IMG/VR virus record: IMGVR_UViG_3300005805_000315
Span: 1-30,422 of that record
DNA length: 30,422 bases
Origin: a virus
Lineage: Duplodnaviria; Caudoviricetes
Direction: 5' to 3' (one strand)
Part shown: positions 24,482-30,422 of the stretch, in pieces
Numbering within the stretch: the first letter of the stretch is position 1
How the letters are laid out: the number at the start of each line of letters is the position of its first letter
Program-made: the position numbers and the translations under genes
The notes under the pieces: generated by a model
What the model saw: only the letters and a program-made list of their open reading frames with translations
Told to the model about the DNA's origin: nothing
Database searches by the model: none

Positions 24482-24954
24482 TGAGAGTAAAAATTGATTG
24501 GAGAAGTTCAAGTAAAGAAAACTATATAAACTTTTGTAAAAAGAATCCTTCCATAAAAATATCATTTGATGATTGGAAAAATATAGTTTATTCTTTTAAC
24601 GAATCTTTTAAGAATTACATATTAGAAACTGGAGAGAGAGCTAAGCTTCCCTCTGGCTTTGGTGAGTTTTCTATCAACAAGAAAAAGAGAAGGAAGGTGA
24701 AAGGTTTGAACGATGAGTTCATAAATCTTCCTGTTGACTGGAAAAGAACTAAAGAAAAGGGGAAGGTTATTTACAATTTCAACTACCACACAGAAGGTTA
24801 TTTCTTTGGCTGGGTTTGGTTTAAGAACACAACAAGAATTAAAAACATTGACTTGTTCTATTTTAAACCTACAAGAAATACATCAAGACTCCTCTCCCAC
24901 TACATAAAAACCAACGAGAAATATCAACATATTTATCGTGAATGGAAAAATTAA
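24478..24954 (+). CDS. IHF/HU-like DNA-binding protein (crAss tail module)
   Basis: Basic; ILETGERAKLPSGFGEFSINKKKR and VDWKRTK; synteny. Confidence 0.65.
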   Translation: MMRVKIDWRSSSKENYINFCKKNPSIKISFDDWKNIVYSFNESFKNYILETGERAKLPSGFGEFSINKKKRRKVKGLNDEFINLPVDWKRTKEKGKVIYNFNYHTEGYFFGWVWFKNTTRIKNIDLFYFKPTRNTSRLLSHYIKTNEKYQHIYREWKN

Positions 24955-24958
24955 ATAG

Positions 24959-25927
24959 ATGAGTTACTACTATAAGTACAATTTTGTATCACCAGAACCT
25001 GTCTACGCTACTGTTAAAGAGGAGCTAAAAAGCTACTTTGATACAGGAGCTGTAGATGATTTGATGTTTCCTACCTATCTAGACAAGTGTCTTAGAAAGC
25101 TAGGAAGAGCCACTTATGTTATAAGTGAGGAGATACTATATATCGAAGACTTTGAAGCAAGGCTTCCAGACAACTTCTATGCTGTCAGAGAAGCATGGAT
25201 GATGACTGAGATTCCTCAGTATCCCTATCAATCAGCAAACTCATTCTATTCACAAGCTGCTGATCAAACAACTATACAGGTGAGTCCTGTTATATCTGGA
25301 GGAGTACCTTGTACCAATTCTGAATGTACAACAGGTTGTCCTGAGTGCATGCCTGAGATGATCCAAGCTGTTTACAAAACAAACAATCAGGTGGCAAGAT
25401 CTTATCAAAGATCATATATGCTAAAACCTGGTAATATATCAGCTAGAGGAAAGTGTGATGTAAGTTATTCAGATAACTGGGAATTCTACTCTACACCTCC
25501 AAATATACATGAGTTTACTCCTAATGCTGCTGGGTATGATTCATTTGATATTAGAGACAACAAGTTTGTAACCAACTTCAGAAATGGAGTGGTTCACTTG
25601 GTTTTCTATTCAACAGCTTATGATCCAGGAGGAAATCAACTAATACCAGATAACTATCGTGTTAGAGAATTTATAGAAGCATACATTAAGTATAAAGTGT
25701 TTGAAACTCTCTCTAATCAAATAAACGATGAAACCTTTGATCAAATCCAGAAAAAGTTAGGATATTATAAAGGTCTTCACGATGAAGCGTTTATCATGGC
25801 AGACATTGAAATCAAGAAGCAAGATGTCTATGCTAAACAACGTAGAATCAAGCAAGACTTGAATAGGTTCAATATGTATGAACTGCCTAACAGGACTAAC
25901 AGATATGGTTGGAGACGTAATAACTAA
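24959..25927 (+). CDS. tail tubular / ring protein
   Basis: ARLPDNF and LIPDNYRVREFIEAYIKYK segments; directly upstream of the tail stabilisation gene. Confidence 0.65.
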   Translation: MSYYYKYNFVSPEPVYATVKEELKSYFDTGAVDDLMFPTYLDKCLRKLGRATYVISEEILYIEDFEARLPDNFYAVREAWMMTEIPQYPYQSANSFYSQAADQTTIQVSPVISGGVPCTNSECTTGCPECMPEMIQAVYKTNNQVARSYQRSYMLKPGNISARGKCDVSYSDNWEFYSTPPNIHEFTPNAAGYDSFDIRDNKFVTNFRNGVVHLVFYSTAYDPGGNQLIPDNYRVREFIEAYIKYKVFETLSNQINDETFDQIQKKLGYYKGLHDEAFIMADIEIKKQDVYAKQRRIKQDLNRFNMYELPNRTNRYGWRRNN

Positions 25928-25929
25928 TA

Positions 25930-28900
25930 ATGGCTGAGCAACAACAATCAAATATAAGGCAAGAATATACAGCTGCCCAAACAGGGTTGAATCTTGATAG
26001 GTCTGTCAGTCAGGTCCAGAAAGGTCAACTAACCTATGCTTTGAATGCTGCTGTTGAAAACTTTGATGCTAATTCTGTTAACTATCAGAATGAGCCAGGG
26101 AACGAGCTTTGTTTGAACTTTCCTGAGGACTATCATATAATTGGTAAGCATTCTATAGTTGAACAGAACAAGCATATATTCTTCTTAACAAATCCAAATA
26201 CAGGGGATAGTGAGATTGGATATATGGATAACAATGATTGTGTATATCATACATACATAAGTGGTAAGTGTCTTAATTTTAACATAAATAATCCAATACA
26301 CAAGGTGGTGCACAAAATTACAAACTGCACTACAGAGATATATTGGACAGATGGAATCAACCCAAGAAGGTATTTGAATATTGAGGATGTTGCGTCTGTA
26401 TATTTAATTCAGCCTGGAACAAATGTTTGTGAAAACGAAACTATTCCAATCTTAGATTGTAACAAACTCAAGCTCCAACCCAACTTTTCTATTCCTCAAC
26501 TGGGAGTTACAGATGTAGTGAATGGAGGTAATCTTACAGCAGGAACTTATCAGTTTGCAATTCAGTATTCTAACGTTGCAGGAGATGGTTATACATCATA
26601 TTATTCTGTAACAAATCCTACGCCTATTGGAGATCCCTTAATAACAACACCTAATTTTGACTATCCTGTTGGTAAGTCTATTGTTTTGGATATCAACAAC
26701 TTAGATGTCACTGGATATTTTAAATACTACAATGTTGCTGTAATCAAAACAGTGAACGCAATTACGTCTGTAGAACTTATTGGAACATATTTTATAGATG
26801 ACAACTTTAATCAAATAACGTATAGTGGTCAAAACCAAACACAAATTAGACTAACGTTAAATGATATATTTGAAAAGTTTCCTTACTACGAGATAGCTCA
26901 AGATTTAACAGCTGTACAAGATGTTCTTGTTTGGGATAATCTCACATCTATAGATAGAATAAACTATCAGAAGATAGCAAACCAAATCAACTTGAAGTGG
27001 CAAACTTACAAACTTCCAGCTGATGAAGACTATGCTGATCCTATCAATGGTACCAATCTCAGAGGTTATTTAAGAGATGAGGTGTATGCATTTGAGATAG
27101 TGTTCTTGTTAGATAATGGTAAGCAAACAGACGGATTCCACATACCTGGAAGAGCTATAAACTCTAATGATCTTCCTCAAATAAGTATTCCAGATACAGA
27201 TCCTGATTTTATAGGAGAAGGTCCATCTGCTCCATATTGGAAAATATATAACACAGCTTCTGTAACTGGTTCAGCAACAGGACCTAATATAGGTAATGCA
27301 ACACCATATCAATATGGAGAATTTGCATATTGGGAGTCTACAGATGTCTATCCATGTAATGATGATGTTTGGGGTGATCTGGCAAATACACCAATTAGAC
27401 ACCATAAGTTCCCTGATGTTCTGGTAAGTCCAATATTTGAAAGTGGTACACCCACAATCAATCTTGATGGCACTTACACAAACCTAAAGATGGAGAATGC
27501 TGCCATCTACCCAATAGGTGTATTGGTAGATGCTCAACAGGTTTATGAGTTAGTCAATTCATCAAGCCTTACGCAAGATCAAAAGACTAGCATTGTTGGA
27601 TTTAAAATAGTTAGAGGTAATAGAAACACAAACTATTCTATCATAGCTAAGGGTATACTTAGAAACCTTGGTGAATATGAAAGAGAAGAAACATCCTACT
27701 ACTTTCCAAACTATCCATACAATGACCTAAGAGCAGATCCATTCCTTCTTAAAGAAAACAATGCATTTGATTCCGAATGTAGAGAATATCAAGTGACAAT
27801 TACTTCTGGAGGAGACTTAAACTATTATAGTTGTGATACAGGATTACAAGTAACAGACACTGTTACTATTGGACAAATTATTAATTTGTGTTCTACCAGT
27901 TATCCAACATTCTCTAATTCTGCAGCTGGTACAATCATTGCTACCAACTATTCTACCTACAATTTATGTACAAATGCACTTGCTGCTGGAAATAGATTCT
28001 CTTATTTTCCTCCCAACTCTAACAAACCTTTGACAATATGGGTGGCTGGTAGTATTGTTCAAAACTGTACAGCAGTTAACTCAATAACAAAACCTGTACA
28101 AATAGGAGGAAGTGGTAAGTTTACCATCACTGAAATAGCTACTTACAAAGGAGTGCTAGATTGTTCTGTAAGTATTGATCAGCTAGATGCATTTAAAAAT
28201 ACGAAGTCTCCATACAGATTTGTATTTAACTCTCCTGAGACATCTTTTGGAAGTCCGTTCCTTGGGAACATCCTTAAACTTGAAAGTGCAATCTATGGTG
28301 CAGGATCTGCCCATTTTGTAGATGTAAATAAAAATGCAATGTATAAGCTTCTCACAGAAGAAGCTCAAAGAGATGCTCTTGACTCAAGTGCTGACATTGC
28401 TAAAATCACTGGGACATTTGAACCCACTGCAATGTTTACTGCCTATCAGGCATATTTGCAAATCTACATAAATGGTATTACTAGAAAGAACTATGCTAAG
28501 TCATATAACTCAATAGCTAAATATAACTATTGGGCTCCTATAGAAAACAATCTAGGTGTTAAACAAAGAGAACTAGATATTTGTCAATATTTAATTCCTG
28601 GAGTACAGAATGTTGGTGACGATCTAAATATAAACAACTTTAGCAGAGAATCTTCTGTTTACATAAAAACAACTGAAGAAAGAGATAACACTGCTATCCC
28701 AAGTCTGCCCTATCCGAGTAATACACCAAGTTTACTAGTAGGTGGTATTGTGCCTGCTATTGAGGATAAGTCTAGATTTACTATTTCTGAAAAGGCTAAT
28801 TGCGATAACCCAGAAAAACAATTTGAAATCACCACTGTTACATACTATGGAGCTATAAAGAATATAGCTCGTAATCAGTGGGGTCAAATATATTCTTACG

Positions 28901-30422
28901 AGACAATTGATACAGGATATCAAAATATTCGCTCTGAAGGATCCAATATAGCAATAGTATTTGGAGGTGACACATTTATTAATAAGTTCTCCTTCAAAAC
29001 CAAACTTCCGTTCTTTATAGATAATAGAGTGGGTGCTCCTGATGACAGTGATGTGTTCTATGATGAGATAGGTAATGTGGCCTATCCAAAATACTGGCAC
29101 TCATCTAGATCAGTGCTAAGTGACTACACTGTACCAAATGGTTCACCACAGCCTATAATGAAGAACATTGTTTCTTACAAGGCACATAATTTCGATTGTC
29201 CAAATAGTCAAGAACCTAAAGATAACAACCCTGGAAGAACTTTCTATGATGGTGATTTCTACTTGTTTGCCTATGGTATTCCCACCTTCTATTGTGAATC
29301 AAGTGTAAACGTTGATCTTCGTCAAGCATTCAATAATAGAGAAGGTGACTTCTTCCCGCACGTGAGCACGGGCATACCTGATAACTGGCTTCAAGAAAGT
29401 TATGTTTCTATTATTCAAGATAATACATATTATTACAATCCTACATTCTCTAAACAGAACACAGAGAATTCTTTCTCTCATCTTCCTATAGATTGGACAG
29501 AACAGCTTTGTTACACTTATTTCCCATTCAGAGCAATCTATTCTGAGAGACAACAAAGCTTCACTGATAATAGGATTAATAGCTGGCTCATCTATCGTCC
29601 TATTAGTTTCTTTGATTTTCCTCAAAACTATGGAGATCTTATAAGCTTGGATGGTATTCAGAACAGAGCTGTATTGGCTAGGTTTGAGAACAAGAGCTTG
29701 CTTTATAATACACTTCTTACAATAGAAACAAGCAATCCACAGGCTGCTTATCTAGGAAACGACAGTTTATTTAGAAGTGCTCCTCCAATTGACTTTGCAG
29801 AAACAGACTTGGGATATGTAGGATGTCAGAACAAAATGCTCCTCAAGATACCACAAGGACAGGTAACTGTAGATGCTAAGAGAGGTCAGATATTTCTAAT
29901 AGCTGGTAACCAAGCAACAGACTTGTCTGGATTTGGTTCAGGACTTAATAGGTTCTTTACAGATCATTTGGCATTTGAGATATTAAGATATTTTCCAGAT
30001 ATATACACAGACAACCATTTTAATGGAATTGGTCTGCATGGTGTTTATGATAGTAAGTTTGATAGGATAATCATATCTAAGTTGGACTATATACCAACTA
30101 GTAATGATGTTAAATATGACTCAGCTAAAAACGAGTTTTATGTAGATAGACCTGTTGGTAACTTTACAATAAGAACAGTTGTGGATCTTAATGATCCAGA
30201 CTATTTCTGTAACAAGTCATGGACTTTATCATTCAATTTTAATACAAATAGTTGGGTGAGTTTCCATAGCTACATACCAAACTGGTATATTGCAGAAAAC
30301 AACTTCTTCTATTCTGGTATAAATGGTGGATGTGATTTAGAAGCAATTGCTGCTGAAGAAGTTTCATGTGCAGAACGTTGTGAATTAGAAGGAACAGCAG
30401 TGTTAAGAAGTTGCTCTCTACA
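25930..30422 (+). CDS. tail stabilisation / muzzle protein, partial (at least ~1497 aa)
   Basis: Absent from the track, which lists no closed + ORF here, consistent with a frame open to the edge. MAEQQQSNIRQ...YALNA...QNEPGN...IYWTDGINPRRYLNI...GYLRDEVYAFEIVF...FGGDTFI; crAss-like synteny. Confidence 0.8.
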   Translation, partial: MAEQQQSNIRQEYTAAQTGLNLDRSVSQVQKGQLTYALNAAVENFDANSVNYQNEPGNELCLNFPEDYHIIGKHSIVEQNKHIFFLTNPNTGDSEIGYMDNNDCVYHTYISGKCLNFNINNPIHKVVHKITNCTTEIYWTDGINPRRYLNIEDVASVYLIQPGTNVCENETIPILDCNKLKLQPNFSIPQLGVTDVVNGGNLTAGTYQFAIQYSNVAGDGYTSYYSVTNPTPIGDPLITTPNFDYPVGKSIVLDINNLDVTGYFKYYNVAVIKTVNAITSVELIGTYFIDDNFNQITYSGQNQTQIRLTLNDIFEKFPYYEIAQDLTAVQDVLVWDNLTSIDRINYQKIANQINLKWQTYKLPADEDYADPINGTNLRGYLRDEVYAFEIVFLLDNGKQTDGFHIPGRAINSNDLPQISIPDTDPDFIGEGPSAPYWKIYNTASVTGSATGPNIGNATPYQYGEFAYWESTDVYPCNDDVWGDLANTPIRHHKFPDVLVSPIFESGTPTINLDGTYTNLKMENAAIYPIGVLVDAQQVYELVNSSSLTQDQKTSIVGFKIVRGNRNTNYSIIAKGILRNLGEYEREETSYYFPNYPYNDLRADPFLLKENNAFDSECREYQVTITSGGDLNYYSCDTGLQVTDTVTIGQIINLCSTSYPTFSNSAAGTIIATNYSTYNLCTNALAAGNRFSYFPPNSNKPLTIWVAGSIVQNCTAVNSITKPVQIGGSGKFTITEIATYKGVLDCSVSIDQLDAFKNTKSPYRFVFNSPETSFGSPFLGNILKLESAIYGAGSAHFVDVNKNAMYKLLTEEAQRDALDSSADIAKITGTFEPTAMFTAYQAYLQIYINGITRKNYAKSYNSIAKYNYWAPIENNLGVKQRELDICQYLIPGVQNVGDDLNINNFSRESSVYIKTTEERDNTAIPSLPYPSNTPSLLVGGIVPAIEDKSRFTISEKANCDNPEKQFEITTVTYYGAIKNIARNQWGQIYSYETIDTGYQNIRSEGSNIAIVFGGDTFINKFSFKTKLPFFIDNRVGAPDDSDVFYDEIGNVAYPKYWHSSRSVLSDYTVPNGSPQPIMKNIVSYKAHNFDCPNSQEPKDNNPGRTFYDGDFYLFAYGIPTFYCESSVNVDLRQAFNNREGDFFPHVSTGIPDNWLQESYVSIIQDNTYYYNPTFSKQNTENSFSHLPIDWTEQLCYTYFPFRAIYSERQQSFTDNRINSWLIYRPISFFDFPQNYGDLISLDGIQNRAVLARFENKSLLYNTLLTIETSNPQAAYLGNDSLFRSAPPIDFAETDLGYVGCQNKMLLKIPQGQVTVDAKRGQIFLIAGNQATDLSGFGSGLNRFFTDHLAFEILRYFPDIYTDNHFNGIGLHGVYDSKFDRIIISKLDYIPTSNDVKYDSAKNEFYVDRPVGNFTIRTVVDLNDPDYFCNKSWTLSFNFNTNSWVSFHSYIPNWYIAENNFFYSGINGGCDLEAIAAEEVSCAERCELEGTAVLRSCSL

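Noticed and set aside
1-30422. Stop-codon reassignment (TAG or TGA), known in some crAss-like phages
   Set aside because: Long genes are intact in the standard code; TGA (e.g. 8154, 17373, 24481) and TAG (1775, 2590) end genes at sensible boundaries.

Overview
This is a 30.4-kb segment of an AT-rich tailed phage genome. Gene order and protein motifs fit a crAss-like phage (Crassvirales or a close relative). A Bacteroidota host is supported by TTTG-N19-21-TAnnTTTG promoters and AT-rich leaders without Shine-Dalgarno sequences. The standard genetic code is used. Bases 1-5696 form a minus-strand 'early/accessory' arm of about 17 small hypothetical genes, including several micro-membrane proteins, a 43-aa lipoprotein and a DnaJ-type zinc-finger protein, punctuated by intrinsic terminators. 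Bases ~5700-6165 are a G-rich, non-coding strand-switch region. It holds a parS-like site, a ~30-bp-phased AGGGGG array, outward-facing TGGGWGGGTAGGG boxes (one inside a canonical G-quadruplex motif) and two host-type promoters. From 6169 to the end is a plus-strand packaging and virion module: wHTH and HU/IHF-like proteins, TerL, portal, a mini HEXXH peptidase, scaffold-like protein, major capsid protein, ring and auxiliary capsid proteins, Cys-rich and Thr-rich fibre-type proteins, an HTH-metallophosphoesterase with its own promoter, a second IHF-like protein, a tail tubular protein and a large muzzle/tail-stabilisation protein that runs off the window. Several genes missing from the ORF track were added and several starts corrected. 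Product calls rest on motifs and synteny only; no database searches were run.
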